64,000 nucleotides of DNA from Minutocellus sp. GHC0000111 (lineage: Eukaryota). Shown here piece after piece: positions 45,254-57,224 of this stretch. Each line of letters opens with the position of its first letter. Position 1 is the first letter of the stretch. The DNA lies in the NCBI GenBank assembly GCA_977018835.1, contig OZ361258.1, positions 4,898,001-4,962,000 on the forward strand, written 5' to 3'. The notes under the pieces are model-generated. The model made no database searches and was not told where the DNA came from. It worked only from the letters and a program-made list of their open reading frames with translations. Made by a program: the position numbers and the translations under genes.

Positions 45254-45526
45254 GCATGCCGGTCGCGCGCACATGGTTTTGACGCTCTCCCGCGAGAATC
45301 TCGTCATCGGGGGCCTCTCGTCAAGCAAGCTAAAAATAATTCTAGGGAAACATCTACTACACTCAGACCGAAGAATTTTCTTCTATGAGTCCTATTATTT
45401 AGGCAATATTTGCATTAATTCTACGTATTCTTTTGTTGGTAAAGCATGGATGTAAGTAAAGCCCGCGTTTGAGTTAGATCAATCCGACCTCGGACCAACC
45501 CCGAAAACAAGCCAGACAAGCACCCC

Positions 45527-47544
45527 TTATTCCAGAGGAGGGAGGCCGGTTCGGGATAGCATTCGCTCAGCAATGAGGAAGGCCAGCTCCAGCGCCTGCT
45601 TACCGTTCAATCGAGGTCGGTAACCTCATCGACTCCGCCGCCGACGCACTCGGTCACGTCCTTGCCGGTCATTTCCAAATGCACTCCGCCGGGGTGGCTG
45701 CCCATCTCGTCATGGACGTCGAAGAAGGCCCGAAGCTCGTCACGGATGGCCTCGAAATCGCGCGTCTTGTATCCCGAATCGGTCTTGCGGGTGTTGCCGT
45801 GGACGGGGTCGGAGATCCAAAGCACACTCTTGCCCTCCCGCTGGACGGCCCGGATGAGTCCCGGCAGATTCTTGCGCAACTTCTCGGCACCCATGCGGAC
45901 GATGATGGTCAACCGTCCGGGGATGTTGTTGGGGTTCATGGTATCGATGATGTTGATCAGTTCGTCGGGGGTGCACTTGTCGGAAATCTTGACTTCGACC
46001 GGATTGCCGATGCCACGGATGAATTCGAGGTGGGCGGAATCGAGGTCACGGGTGCGCTCACCGACCCAGAGCATGTGGGCGGAGCAGTCGTACCACTTGC
46101 CGGTGGTGGAGTCCTGGCGGGTCAAGGCCTGCTCGTAGGGGAGGAGGAGGCACTCGTGGGCGGTGAAGAAGTCGGTCTGGGTGAAGTTGGGGTCGGCCGT
46201 ATCGATGCCAATTGCCTTCATGAAACGGAGCGACTCATCGACCTTGTTGGCAAACTTGCGGAAACGGGAACCCTCCTCGGTATCCTCGACAAAGTCCAGG
46301 TTCCAGGCATGGAGACGACTGAGATCGGCATATCCACCGGTCGAAAAGGCCCGGAGGATGTTGAGGGTCTGGGCACTCTGATGGTAGGCCTTGACCATGT
46401 TGAAGGGGTTGTTCCGACGTCCCTCCTCGGAGAACTCCTCGGAGTTGATGATGTCACCACGGTACGAGGGCAGGGCGACGCCGTCCTTGACCTCATCAGG
46501 TTCGGAACGAGGCTTGGCGAACTGTCCGGCCATGCGTCCAATCTTGATGACGGGCATGGCACTTCCAAAGGTGAGGACCAAGCTCATCTGGAGAATGACG
46601 CGGAAGGTATCCCGAACATGATCGACGTTGAACTCATTGAAGGCCTCGGCGCAGTCACCACCCATGAGGAGGAAACCCTGTCCGTGGCAGGCGCGGGCCA
46701 GCTTCTCATGCAGAGAGCGGACCTCGCCGGCAAAGACGAGGGGGCTGCATCTCTCCAATTCCTTGACGGCCTCGCCAAGTTCGGCCTCGTCGTCGTAGAC
46801 GGGCATCTGCTTGGCCACAAAGTCGGAATTCTTCCAGGATTCCGGAGTCCATTCGCCCGATGCCTTGGAGGCTGGCGGGGCCGAGGTCGAGACGGCCAAT
46901 TGAGTCGCCGAGCGGCTGGATTGAGAAACGAAAGAGAGGGATGTTCAAAAAGTGATGGGTGAGTTGTACTGATGCAAAAATGCAATTGCGAAATAGAAAA
47001 ACGAACACATCATGTGCTGATTTTGCGCGTGGTTCTTGGGCTTGTCGGAGAAAGAAAACTGGTAGACATATTCCGAAATTTCTTGGATGGAAAGCAAGCG
47101 CATTATTGGGCCGGTATCTTGGCAAAACATCAATTGAACTGGACTGGCGGAATCCACCGCTGCTCATTTCCTCCGGAGCATTGCCGAAATGCAACCCAAT
47201 TCCATCAGAACATTTCGTATCTTGAGGTGCCGGTAAAGCAAAAACAAGCGCAAATCTGTACGAGAAATGTGCGCGCACGACACTCCAAGATATATTGATG
47301 ATTGTTTGAGGTCCGAATGGACCAAACTTTCACATATTGCCTCGGTCGGAATTCCAGAATTCGAATCTATTGGAATCTGCCGCAAATTTGTTCGGAAGAC
47401 GGTACTGGATGCGATGTGCGTGCGCGCGTTGGATACAAAGGAAAGAAATAAAGAAATAAAGAAATCGTACCTGACCATGGACGACGGGGCAAAGGCCGCG
47501 GCGGAGGCCGTGAAGGCGATGATGCCGGCAAGGGAGAACTTCAT
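45527..47544 (-). CDS. Plastid class II DAHP synthase (phospho-2-dehydro-3-deoxyheptonate aldolase), disrupted near the C-terminus
   Basis: Exon 1 at 47471-47544 (MKFSLAGIIAFTASAAAFAP); intron 46916-47470. Motifs GGDCAE, GRMAGQFAKPRS, WVGERTR, DPVHGNT and GGVHLEMTG. A deletion with frameshift at ~45612 precedes PRLNGKQALELAFLIAE. Confidence 0.92.
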
Positions 47545-48572
47545 TTTGGTGTTTCAAATTTGGTGTTTCAAAGTGGCAATGCGTAATGCCAGGAAAAGAT
47601 CGGAACAAATGAGGATGTTGGCGAACGCACGGAACAAACTGGAGGACGGCGGAGCAAACCACGCACGCCGGAAAGGCGGGATGGCAAATTTTGGCGTCAC
47701 CCCGAATTAAGAAGTTTCGAAATGAAGGGGTCCTGACTACACGGCCGTCGCCTGGCGCCTGGCGCGCCTCTTTGAAGCATCGAGGGGGCCTGTTGCAGCG
47801 GTAAAAAGCGCACCTCCACATTGCAGCAACAGCACATGAATCATCCTCCTCCGCCTCAATGCCATTTGCAGCAGGGTCCACCAAACATTTGTTGTTCAAC
47901 GCAGCACCATCTCTTCTGCTTCACTGCTGCCATCGGCGCCTGCCTGCCGCGCGGAGTTGGTCCCATTTTAGGTGAGGCACTTCTGGACATTGGAGATTTT
48001 GCTAACTTCGCTCTCGTTGTCGGACGACGGAAAGACCGACGTCCGTCCATTTTTTCTCCCGAACGAAGCTCATCATGGTGACCCCCGCTCCTGGCCGCTG
48101 CACATTTGCAAGGTGAGACATGGGCACTCCCGAGGCTGGCCGACACACCATTGCGCTAGCAGCTATGCATGCGAAAGTTTCAGCTTGATTGGCATGCTGT
48201 TGCATGAGAAAACATAAATCAAAACAACAACCAACCTGTGTTCGAGCACGCGAAAAAGGGCCGCGGATGAGAAGTGATGCCGTGAGAGCCACAGCCGCCC
48301 AATCCACCCAGAAATGCAGAGACAGAGACACACGCCCAAGACATGCATGAAAATGTTTGTGTGGTAGTTGATTGTTGTGGTTTTTGTTCGCATCCCCGCC
48401 CCCGATCCAGACCAACTCGCCATTGCAGAGGCACAGAATTCTGAGGATGGGTCAGCACGTGCCGCAGAACAAAAGAAGAAGCGACACTAATGTGCCTCAA
48501 CGAAGTGGGTGTGGGCGCTGCTCAACTTTAAGGATTCGAGTTGCAACGTGCTTCAAAAGTAACTCAAAATCC

Positions 48573-50295
48573 ATGCCACGTCAAAAAGAAAGTATTGTCA
48601 ATGACGCGATGTCTTTTTGAAGTTGCGCTTTCGAAATGATGAAAAATCAGATGCTCGAACCCGGAAGTTCAAACGCATTAGGTTATGGACCCAAAATCCG
48701 CCGATCAATGCTTTTAGAAAAAAGAAGCGAGAATGCATGCGTGCAAGCTGGAAGCTTTCTCACAAGAGCAACTGGAGGATAGCTGAGATACGCACTTGAT
48801 TCTGATATACATAGCATCAAAAAGGTACAAAATATTCAATATGGCGAAGAACGAAGAAAAGACGATTCCTTTCCTGAGGTGAGTTTTCATTTTTTTTGCA
48901 TGCCGAGGAAAAAGGATTCCAACTGGAGGATAGGTCTTTCTTCTCGCGAATGCCAATGTTCCTCCAATCTGGATGATGGCCAGATATGGAGAAAAAGTCA
49001 CGGAAGATCTACAAAAATGGTTATCAAAACCGCTCGACAATATCTATTTTCTACATGGTTCCGCCTTTGACAGCTGTCATATATCTTTTTCCTGGTTCTG
49101 GCACATCATATGCTTGCTTTCTTAATTTTGTCGCTTGATGGAAAGATTCTCGCAATGATGTACCTAGGTACTTGCATTTTCTCATGCCATGAGCTCATAT
49201 CTCACTTATGTCAAATTCTGACTCCCCAACAAACACTCATGAATTGCACAACCTTCCCCCCACAGACGCCTCCTTCAAATGATGAAGGAGAATGAGCATG
49301 CCATGTCCTTCGTCTCCGGCGACGCCAAAAAGAACATCCCCGGACGGTTCGTCATTCATGACCGGGCTCTGGTCGAGGCGGAAATTCTCCCCAAGTACTT
49401 CAATCACGCCAGCTTTGCGTCCCTTCGGCGGCAGCTCAACTACTTTCACTTTGTCCGCGAGGGCAAAGGCCGGATGAAGGGTGCCACGTACTACAACGAT
49501 GCCGTCTTTGTCATTGATGATATTCTCAACCTTCGTCGTCGAAATGAGCCCGTCGGTGCTACCAATACCGAGAAGAAGGTCAAGGCCAAGGTTCAACAAG
49601 CAGTCTCCTCCGACAACGACGAGGACAAACAAGATGAGATCGAAGCGAAGCCCGCCTCTACTACATCGTCGCGCAAGAAGGCACCTGCGCCCGAATCCGA
49701 GTCCGAATCCACCAAGGTCATCATCGAGGACAAGGATAGCCCTGCTACCATCGAAAATAGCATCAGCAATGCTCACATCATCTCCCCGTCTGAGTCCATG
49801 GAGGACATGTCTACCAAGGGTGAGAAGAACAATGCTTCCAGCGGCAATAAGTACGACGAGGAGGAAGCGTCCATAGAAGGAAGCTTGGCGTCCTACAAGA
49901 ACATCCAGACGGACAACCAGAAGAAGAAACCTACTATCGTTCTGGATCTAACCCGTCCAAGTGAAAGTGATTTCACGACGCCCTTCTACGCCCACGGATA
50001 TGCCAGCTTTAGTCAGCTGCAGCAGCAGCAACAACATCAGTACTGCAACGAGGCATCCTACGTTCAGCCCATGCACCATTATCAGCACGCTATCAACCAC
50101 GACGCCGGAACGTTCGCCGCAACTACAACCGGTATCATCACCAGCAGCTCCGAACACGAGTCGCCCCATCCCATCACCCCTCCGAGCCAGGAAGATACCA
50201 CCTGGGAAGATGAGATGCTCGGGTGCAGCGCTCTTCTTGCCCTTCAGAACTGCGGCCCAGCGCCCAGCAAGAAGCCTCGTCAAGTATCGGCTTGA
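48573..50295 (+). CDS. Heat shock factor (HSF DNA-binding domain) transcription factor
   Basis: Main exon 49266-50295 with FVIHD...EILPKYFNHASFASLRRQLNYFHF. Exon 1 is inferred at 48573-48621 (MPRQKESIVNDAMSFLK, needing one extra T at ~48616) with intron 48622-49265. Confidence 0.8.
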
Positions 50296-50607
50296 GCCAT
50301 CAATACACGATATTTATGTCCAATCTCTGTAACATCACAACAATCCATCCATTCATTTATCATTACACAATATCATTCCTCGCCAGCATTACGCATCAAA
50401 AATGCTTACAAGCCTAGCCAATACTGCTAGCTAGAAAATAGCTACTGCGCTCCTAAGAACGCCAGTCAGTACATCGGGATAAATTAAAAATTAGTTGTAT
50501 ACTATTCGAGGATTAGATGGAGTTGCTACCTACTACATACTAGCTAGTCTAGCACCGTTTCTTTCAAAAGTGCTTTATTAAGTTATTTATTCAAATCATT
50601 ATCAAAT

Positions 50608-53600
50608 CTAAGCATAATAGATGTGGGAGAGACAGTATCCCTGGTGCGGTTGGCTGTCCTGGCGGAAGCGGATGGCAACCTCGACGGTCTCGCCCTCGTC
50701 GCCGTCGGCCCAGTCGCGTTCGGCGTAGCTGATATCGTCCATGAGGGGCCAAACGGCGCAGTTCTTGCTCATCTCACCGATGTGAGATATCCACTCCTCC
50801 CGTTCCATGGTCTTGGTGATCTTACCGTTGATGGCAATGTCCATCTTGAAGTCATCGTGGACCAGTTGGTCGGGCGTGGGCTTGCCGAGACGACGATGGT
50901 GGTCATAGTCGTCAGGGTGCATGGTAGGTTCTTGTTCATCGACCGTGAGTCGTCTTGTCGCCAGTTTGCTCCATGGCTCGGTAACATTCCACGGTGTAGT
51001 ATCCAGAGTCTGGCCATTGTTGACCTCCGACCAACCCTCGGTTAGCAGCTCGCTACCTCCGCACCACCATTCCATCCGGGCGAGAATGATGCCCTCCTTG
51101 ACGTTGGGCACCGAGAAGACGAGCCAACCCGCGAGGGTGTTGCCTCTAACTTCTCGATGATTATCGTTGTGGCCAATGCTCATGCATTTGTTATGCTCGG
51201 CACGGTTGCATTCGCTCTGCGGCGATCCATCGCAGAAACCCTCTGCTGGATTCCATGCCGCGGCGACCCAGCCGCGACCAGGAGTGATGGCCTCAGCCTC
51301 ATCGCCGAGTCTTCGTGGTTGCGACTTGGCTCGTCGCTCAGTCAGTTGAACACTTCCGCTATCAACGATATTTGGCTTGTTATGGAAGGCACGCCTAGTG
51401 GCCTCTCGAAGCCAACGGCGAGTAGGTGGCTTGTCAGCACCTTCTTCACCAGTAGACATCGAGTCATCCTTGTCCTCCACCCAGTCATGGTCAAGCTCTG
51501 GTTCCGGGAAGGTAGTTGCGATGGCAATGGCATGAGGATCCACGTGCCCATCGGGTATCTTCTGAATGTAGGGCAACACGTCAAATCCGGAATACCAGTT
51601 GCCCTCGACCCAGTGCGGCATGTACCCGTTGGGAGCGGGCTGGATGATGTTGAGCAGATTGTAGTCCTTGTGCGCGCGGGGCTCCCACATGCCATAGGCG
51701 TGCATGGCCACGCGGCACACGCGGGGCAGGAACGGGAAGGCATGCTCGCACGGCGACCGGAGGTCCTTCTTCTCGCCGTCGACGTCGACCTCGTTGGGGG
51801 TGTTGACGTGCGTGCGGAGCTTCTCGCGGATGGTGTTGTACAACTCGCCGACGTGCCAGTACTTTTCCGCCAGGGGGAATCCATCGGCCTCGATGCCGGC
51901 CTCCCACTGGTCCAACGCCGCGGCCAGACCCTTGAGCAGGATGAGGGCGACCTTGCGTCCCTGGAACTGATGGTACCGCCACCCGGGATGCCAGCCGACC
52001 TGCGACCCGGGATGGGCGTCCTGGGCTTCCACCGGGGTCAAGTCCGACCGCGGCTCCCAGCAGATGGCATTGTACTTCTCCTCCCGCCCGTCGAGGTGCT
52101 GGGCGGCCCACGGCAACTTCTGGGCTTCGGCGGGATCTTCGGGAGTTGGGGGGACCATGGGCGCGTCGGTCAGCAGATTGCCCATGAGGGCCGTGCCGTT
52201 GGTTTCCGCCACCACGTCGAAGTGGAACGGATTCAAAATGACGGGCACGCGCTCCCCGCTCAGTATGGCCTGCTTGTTCCACAAATCCACCGTGTTGCCC
52301 TTCTCGGTCATGGCGGAATCCCACTCCATAATGTCGGCCTCGCCATACAAATCCTTGCCCCCGATGCTGAACTGGAGGGTGCCGACGCCGCCCTGGCCCA
52401 TGTTGCGCGACACCAGCCGGATGCCCAGCTTGTCCATCACGGGCTCCATGAGGTGGTGGAAGGTAATTTGCTTGTTTTGTTGGAACTGGTTGCCGTGTCC
52501 GGCCGCGGCCGAATGGCCCCCCAGCACGGCGTACCATTCGTCGTTGGTGATGAGGGCATGGAGGAGCTTGCGGACCAGGCCATCAAAGGCGGCACCACTC
52601 AGCGTGGCGATGCCGTTGGGATGGTCGGCGTTGCTGTCGTCCCCCTCCCGAATGATTTTCGGACCCCACTGCTGGGACCGTTCGGCCCTCTCCTCGTCGG
52701 TGAGGGTCGATCCATCGGCTTTCTTGAGCGGCGAGCCGTACTCGGCGTAGATACCCTCCTGGACCCGATCGACCAATGCCCGGGCCTCCTCTATAAAGTC
52801 TCTGACGTACCCCTCGTCCTTCTGCCAACAGCCGTTGGGCAGGTCGTCGTTGGGCAAATCCTTGTAATCGACCCGGTCAAAGTTGGCGACGGGGCGGTGG
52901 GGATTGGGATCCTGAAAGCTCCACGCACCCCACTCTTCTCTAATCTTGTTCATCTTGGCGACGTACCGGGTCTGCTCCGCCTCCAGTTCGTCCTTGGACT
53001 TGTCGTACAAATGACTGGCGTACGGACTTCTATGTTCGTCGTGCATATAATGTCCCAACAGGTTGACGATGTTCTCGGCGTTCAAACTGCGGGAGGCCTT
53101 GCCAAAGTTGGCGACGGGGACGACGATGTCCTCAAAAGCCACCCCCTTGCCCTGGGAGGCGGCCTTGGCTCCGCCGGGATGGCCGACGTTGTTCTCCCCC
53201 CCAAAGGACGGGGCGTGCGGCGCCGGGCGGTATCCCGCGCTCTCGTCGATTTGAGAGGAGGTGAACTGGGAGTGGAGCAATTCCAGGGCGACGTCGGCGT
53301 TGTCCACGAAGAGGAAGGAGAGGGCCACCAGTCCCGTGAGGAGGAGGAGGTTGCGGACGGAGAAGGCCGACTGGTGGTGGGCCGCGTGGGCCGATGCCGG
53401 TGGTTTGCTGCTGAGGTATTTGGTGAGGGTGGACGAGACTGTGGAAAGGGTGCCCAGCAGCGCCGCGACGAGGGCGCCGTTGGCCTTGGCGTCGGCCGTC
53501 TTGTCTCGTCTGCTTCCCCTTCCGCCTCTGCCATTGAGAGCGGCGCCGTTGCCGTTGCCAAAGCCGCTCATCAGCTTCATGGTCTCCTCCTCCCCGTATT

Positions 53601-53772
53601 CGGCGTCGGTCAGATGGTGACCACTATTGTGATGAGGATGATCGTACGTATCGGGCTCCAGCTCGAGGGCGGCCACGGACCGGACCTGCCGCGACCGGTC
53701 GCCCTCGGTCGTGGCGTCGAAGCCGTCGGGGTCGCCCCCCCGGTCGGGATCTATGGCGGCGGGGCGGGACAT
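50608..53772 (-). CDS. Large type II membrane protein, SGNH-hydrolase-like diatom family
   Basis: 1,054-aa ORF with an N-terminal TM, LGGHSAAAGHGN, RNMGQGG, WDSAMTE and WHPGWRYH. Confidence 0.8.
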   Translation of the reverse strand: MSRPAAIDPDRGGDPDGFDATTEGDRSRQVRSVAALELEPDTYDHPHHNSGHHLTDAEYGEEETMKLMSGFGNGNGAALNGRGGRGSRRDKTADAKANGALVAALLGTLSTVSSTLTKYLSSKPPASAHAAHHQSAFSVRNLLLLTGLVALSFLFVDNADVALELLHSQFTSSQIDESAGYRPAPHAPSFGGENNVGHPGGAKAASQGKGVAFEDIVVPVANFGKASRSLNAENIVNLLGHYMHDEHRSPYASHLYDKSKDELEAEQTRYVAKMNKIREEWGAWSFQDPNPHRPVANFDRVDYKDLPNDDLPNGCWQKDEGYVRDFIEEARALVDRVQEGIYAEYGSPLKKADGSTLTDEERAERSQQWGPKIIREGDDSNADHPNGIATLSGAAFDGLVRKLLHALITNDEWYAVLGGHSAAAGHGNQFQQNKQITFHHLMEPVMDKLGIRLVSRNMGQGGVGTLQFSIGGKDLYGEADIMEWDSAMTEKGNTVDLWNKQAILSGERVPVILNPFHFDVVAETNGTALMGNLLTDAPMVPPTPEDPAEAQKLPWAAQHLDGREEKYNAICWEPRSDLTPVEAQDAHPGSQVGWHPGWRYHQFQGRKVALILLKGLAAALDQWEAGIEADGFPLAEKYWHVGELYNTIREKLRTHVNTPNEVDVDGEKKDLRSPCEHAFPFLPRVCRVAMHAYGMWEPRAHKDYNLLNIIQPAPNGYMPHWVEGNWYSGFDVLPYIQKIPDGHVDPHAIAIATTFPEPELDHDWVEDKDDSMSTGEEGADKPPTRRWLREATRRAFHNKPNIVDSGSVQLTERRAKSQPRRLGDEAEAITPGRGWVAAAWNPAEGFCDGSPQSECNRAEHNKCMSIGHNDNHREVRGNTLAGWLVFSVPNVKEGIILARMEWWCGGSELLTEGWSEVNNGQTLDTTPWNVTEPWSKLATRRLTVDEQEPTMHPDDYDHHRRLGKPTPDQLVHDDFKMDIAINGKITKTMEREEWISHIGEMSKNCAVWPLMDDISYAERDWADGDEGETVEVAIRFRQDSQPHQGYCLSHIYYA

Positions 53773-54190
53773 TTGTGGCTGCCGATCGATTCGAATCGAA
53801 TCAATAAATCAAGTGTGGGTGCAGGGAATTGGCCGTATATTGTATCCTGCAAGTGGTTTTCGTCGGGCAGCGGCCTCTTCTTGGTTGGTCGTTGTGCGAA
53901 CGAAGAATCCTTTTTGCGGTTTGGGGGAATTGAATTATGTATGTGCTGCTTCTTGCAAAAGATACGCCAAGATGTGTGTTCGAATGTGCTCGAATCTCCA
54001 AAAAAAAACAAAGCCACAAGCCAGCTGTGAAATAATGCCAGCAATGCCAGGAGAATGCCACGTGCCCGCAAGATAGCGCTGGTCGGTATCCGATGGCCCA
54101 ATCATATGGGGGATCTTTGAGCAAATTTGAACTTTTGGGGCAAATTATCTCATCCCCCTTTTGGTATGCACCCTCGCCATCATTCCAAAG

Positions 54191-54772
54191 TCAGGCAGCG
54201 CCGGCCACCGCACCATGTCCTCGCCCTCTACTACCAGCAATAAGCGCAAGCGATCGTGCTCCGATCATTTGGTCGCCGTCGATGATGCCGGGCACCGTGC
54301 GAGCGCGAAGGTGGCGACGCTCGGCGGCAACGACGACGGCAAGAAGAAAACATGCGCCGCCTGCCAAACGGACATTCCGTGCCAACATGCCGGAGCTACC
54401 CATTTCATGATGATGCTTTTCGAGGAGCCGTTTTTGGACACGGTCGAGAGCGAGTTCGGCGACTGCGTTGGCTGTGTTGTTCACCAACGATGGGTCGTTG
54501 AAGTCAATCAGCTCTGACAGCTGTTCAAAGAAGAGATCAGACGACGATTCGAACGAGATGCCACCGGAGGATGTCTCAGAGAATGCAGAAGTAACGGAAG
54601 AGACGGAGTTTGATGGTGGCAATGTTCCTTGTGCACTTTGGACTGAGAGGGACAGTTCTTCTTCGCGTCTCGTGCCAAGAGGCCTTTCGCCTTGGCGACC
54701 AGATGCATCGAAGAAAGCATCATCAGAGGCGGCGATGTCGATGAAGTCGGATGAGGAGTTAGGGGAGATCAT
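54191..54772 (-). CDS. Hypothetical Ser-rich protein
   Basis: ATG in an A/C-rich context and a 193-aa open frame; no recognisable domain. Confidence 0.35.
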   Translation of the reverse strand: MISPNSSSDFIDIAASDDAFFDASGRQGERPLGTRREEELSLSVQSAQGTLPPSNSVSSVTSAFSETSSGGISFESSSDLFFEQLSELIDFNDPSLVNNTANAVAELALDRVQKRLLEKHHHEMGSSGMLARNVRLAGGACFLLAVVVAAERRHLRARTVPGIIDGDQMIGARSLALIAGSRGRGHGAVAGAA

Positions 54773-55163
54773 TGTTGCTTTCTCTAAGGAGAGCTGGCCT
54801 TTGCTTTCGAGCAAAACTTTTCAGTTGGTTTGAGTTGTAAATGCGAAGAAAGAAAAGTTATGGCTCAAGTTACTAGCTACTGGCCCCAGTAGTAGGGCGA
54901 GGGGGCTCAGGAAGAAGCGCGAGTAGTGAGACTGGGCGCAAATATCCGAGTCAGACCCGCATATTTGAGTGTCGGCCAGCTGGAGATGTCTCAATCGAAA
55001 CCAGGATGCTACGACGTGGCGGGTTTGATTTTGTGATGGGCGAGTGTGTCAGAAGTGATGTGTTTCAATAAGACTTTCACGAAAAGCTTATGAAATATCA
55101 TATCAGGCCGAACTACAAGTGTACCTCTAGCTAGTAGCTACGCACATGAATTGATGGGTGCAT

Positions 55164-56940
55164 TCTATTCTATTCTGTTCTATTAGACTACCAAAGTTTA
55201 TACGGCATGGGAAAGAAGACGAGTCTGGCTTATCTTCGTGTGATCTGCTAGGCAGTGATGCTGGTGCCCCGCACCCCCGGCCCGGACGACCTACTACATT
55301 GATGACCCCGATCGGACTTCCCGTGAGCCAGGACAGGGAAACGTCAGTCACTCCATCCAGGCGCCGGGCACCTACCCTTAACATGTGCTGTAGCAGCAGA
55401 CGGATCGCAGAGACCGCCCGACGAGCGTGAAGCTGGAGCCACGCCCTCCCTTCACGTTGTCTCGCTCTCGCGCGACCGAATTGATGATGATGGATTTCCG
55501 CGGTTCAGCTTAAAACTGTGTCCACCCTGATTCCATTCACTGCCATCTGAGTGTCATGGGGTAGGTTTGTCTAGAGGTTTTGGGCTGCCTGCACATGGCC
55601 ACAGTTTGAGCACATGTTGTTGCCTCTGGTGGATGGGTGTGTGTTTTGGCGGCGGTTTGGAAGGTCCTTAGCGGAAGCAACAGTCAGTGCGCAGCCAGGG
55701 CCGGTGCAGAGGAGGCGGAGGAGATGTCGGCGCGGCCTGACTGGGGGGCCGTGATCGGTTTTGCAGGAGGGACGCCGTCGTTGTCGTCCTCCTCGTCCGA
55801 GGATGGGGGGTTTTCGATGTGATCTCGTCGGGCCTTTGTGGAGAGGGGAAAAGAGGCGATGCCGGCGCCGCCGTTGGTAGTGAAGGTGTTTTTGCACCAG
55901 AAAAATGACGCCGGCATGGCCAATTCTTGAGCTGGCCGGCTTTCTGTCGCTACAATTTTTGGACGTTTCTCAATTTCGCCGACGAATTGGTCGGCCCCGC
56001 GACCATCGATCGAAAGCCCAGATCCAAGACCTTCACTTGGTTGCCTTGGGGTTAATTGAGGTGTCTTGGATGATGGCTTGCTTGTGGGGTAGAGCATAAA
56101 TTAGTTGTGTAAAACATTCTTCAGCTCTGGTGAAGTGTGAATGATCGCTTTATCTTTTGTCTTCAGTCATGAAAACTTTCATCCCTTTTTTCTTCAAGTG
56201 GCCTTAGTTTGAAATTCCCTTTTCCCTCTTCCTCTTCGGAGGCCCAACCAAAATGGAAAGGAAAGTGGGGAAAACATGGGAAAACAGGGGAAATTAGGGG
56301 AAAACAGGGGAAAATGGCAGTTTTGAAGGCAGGAAAAACACGTTGCCCAGGGAAACTCCGGGGAGAGTTCCCGGGGAAAATGTCAAACCAAGCAAGTGGC
56401 GAAGTGTGCCACACACTTTTAGCTCTCCCGCGGCGAAGTTGTTAGCAAAACGGTCTGTCCGTCATGCGAACATCCTCGTAGTGCGCTGGATAGCTGCAGT
56501 GCGTTCAGCAAGGTGGGCATTTACGTCCTTCCATGTCTTCCTAAGGCTCGATTTGACTGAGGGTCGGACAAGCGGACTGTCCGGATCTTTTGGGTCTTCC
56601 TCCGGTTGGAGCGGCATGTGAGCGCGGCCAAGGTTCGGTTGGTGTCGCAGAGGTTGTGGCAGCACTCATCGAGTTGGTCCCAGGTCATTTTAGTTGCCGA
56701 GAGGAAGTGCTGAAGGGTGGCGTTGAAGTCTCCACCAACTTCAGCGGGCGAGGATGCCGAGGAAGAGCATGTCCGCAACCGTGTCATTGATTGGAGGAGT
56801 GGTCGCCGCCTTCAGCGCTGCAAGGGATAAGCCCGGCCCGGATTGCCCAGGTAGCGGTGTCGCGTACTGCCTGGGCTGGGTGGGGAGGGAGGCGACTATT
56901 TGTCATGACGTTCTGGCGGATGGCTTCCTCGGCTCTCCAC
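55164..56940 (-). mobile_element. Non-autonomous non-LTR-like retroelement insertion with 16-bp TSD
   Basis: GAATTGATGGGTGCAT at 55148-55163 and 56941-56956. The minus-strand 3' tail AATAGAACAGAATAGAATAGA abuts the TSD. Degenerate ORF pieces start at 56787. Confidence 0.75.
56267..56315. repeat. Five 10-bp tandem units (GGGGAAAACA-like)
   Basis: ggggaaaacatgggaaaacaggggaaattaggggaaaacaggggaaaat. Confidence 0.85.
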
Positions 56941-57224
56941 GAATTGATGGGTGCATGTAGGTAGGCCTGCACACAGCGGATTTGAAAGTTTGGTCGTCAC
57001 TCAAAAGCAGCTTCCAATGTCCCAACGATTTGTTTTTTTCGGACGAAGGCCAGGTCTTCGTCGCTGACCTCACACATCTTGTGCCGGTTTCTCTTCGACT
57101 CCACCGGTTTCACCGGCCGTATCATTCATTGACTCATCCTTCCCTGACTGGAGTGTCTGGTTCTAGTTTTAGGGCATCCTTTGCCTCCCATTGCATATAT
57201 GTACGTATAGTCCCCATCCATAAA

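Noticed and set aside
45679..46962. 427-aa plus-strand ORF
   Set aside because: Antisense shadow of the strongly codon-biased DAHP synthase.
48636..48805. Intronic C/D box snoRNA (ATGATGA...CTGA)
   Set aside because: The boxes are ~150-170 nt apart, with no terminal stem or recognisable rRNA guide.
51157..54030. 957-aa plus-strand ORF
   Set aside because: Antisense shadow of the GC3-rich SGNH-like gene; no independent motifs.
55298..55345. Hammerhead ribozyme (TTGATGA...GAAAC)
   Set aside because: The core deviates from CUGANGA, I could not build stems I and III, and it lies antisense to the element.
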